A stretch of 63,813 nt of DNA, filler included, from Octopus bimaculoides (taxonomy: Eukaryota), in assembly GCF_001194135.2 (NCBI RefSeq). It is 5 parts of 5 records of this genome, joined end to end, with 100 filler letters (N's around TTAATTAATTAA, not from the genome) between each part and the next. Parts side by side here need not be neighbours in the genome. Positions count along the whole stretch, not along the records: positions 62,267 to 63,813 come from NC_068983.1; 4 more parts are not named here. One strand, 5' to 3'. The translations under genes and the position numbers were made by a program. Under the pieces are notes generated by a model that was not told the DNA's origin, did not search any database, and was given only the letters and a program-made list of their open reading frames with translations. This document shows, piece after piece, positions 62,926-63,813 of the stretch; position 1 is the first letter of the stretch; each line of letters opens with the position of its first letter.

Positions 62926-63374
62926 ATATATGATGATATATAAACACATATATACATGTATATCCATTCATACATACATATATATATATATGTATATGTA
63001 TATATGTGTGTGTATTTCACAGCACCCATGAAAAGGCTCTGCTTTGAAGGGTCGTAGTGTAATAAATTGACCCTAGTGCCCTGTTAGTCTCTCTCATCTC
63101 TACTACTAAGTTATGAGGTCATAAACTAACTAACACCGATTGCCAACCTGTGATGGGAACAAATACACAAACAGAAAGTCATACATACAGATATATTCAT
63201 ATGGATATATATTGCAACAGGCTTTTTCCAGTTTCTATCTACCTAATCCAAACACAAGGCTTCCATTCCTGAGAGGCTGTCGAAGAAAACACCCGCTTAA
63301 AGTACCATGCAGTGGGGCTAAACCTGGAACAATGTGGTCGGAAAGCAAACTTCTTACTACAGAGCCACACCTGC

Positions 63375-63539
63375 ATGTTCTCTCCCCCTCTCCATATATA
63401 TGTGTGTGTGTGTATAGAGGTATATAAATACATACACATACCATATATGTATACACACACACACACAAACATATATATATATATGTATACACATACCATA
63501 GATATATACATACGCATATATATATATATGTGTATATAC

Positions 63540-63570
<31 letters not shown>

Positions 63571-63813
63571 CATATATACATATATACATATATACATATA
63601 TATATATACATATATATGTATACATATACATATATACATATATATATATATACATATATGTATATATATATACATGTATATATATATGCATATATATATA
63701 CATGCATATATATATACATATATATATATATACATATATATATACATATATATATATACATATATATATATACATATATATATACATATATATATATACA
63801 TATATATATATAT
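63375..63813. repeat. (TA)n/(CATATA)n microsatellite
   Basis: Low-complexity tract running to the window end. Confidence 0.95.

Noticed and set aside
98-63801. Most ORFs in the six-frame track (YIYI, CVCV, HTHT, SLSL, ERER and X-rich)
   Set aside because: They are translations of microsatellites or N gaps, with no splice or homology support.

Overview
This is repeat-rich eukaryotic genomic DNA from a draft assembly. It has many sized N gaps and four 100-bp spacers (44N-TTAATTAATTAA-44N) that appear to mark gaps of unknown size. The SINE families, Penelope repeats and dense (TA)n/(CA)n/(GA)n microsatellites point to an octopus (inference). The only host protein-coding sequence I can support is calpain, as 11 + strand exons with GT-AG boundaries and consistent phases. 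Five exons (29409-32917) encode the C-terminal penta-EF-hand domain and stop codon of one calpain. Six exons (37139-41118) encode most of the CysPc catalytic domain of a second calpain, with an intact Cys/His/Asn triad. The domain order is therefore inverted (3' end before 5' end), and the whole block lies between two unknown-size gaps. This indicates either a tandem calpain array or a collapsed or mis-ordered assembly. The rest is transposon debris: tRNA-derived SINEs, Tc1/mariner (rosa DD41D and mariner) derivatives, pogo/Tigger and hAT MITEs, a Charlie-type hAT transposase pseudogene, an internally deleted Gypsy provirus, Penelope, RTE and R4-like REL-endonuclease LINE fragments. Almost all ORFs in the supplied track are microsatellite or gap artefacts. 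The most unusual signals are two fold-back Tc1/mariner derivatives, three hammerhead-like motifs around the last calpain exon, a MITE with a head-to-head telomere-like core, a REL LINE flanked by (TACA)n, and several unexplained hairpins. I found no convincing wholly new biological system; these candidates need the checks listed.
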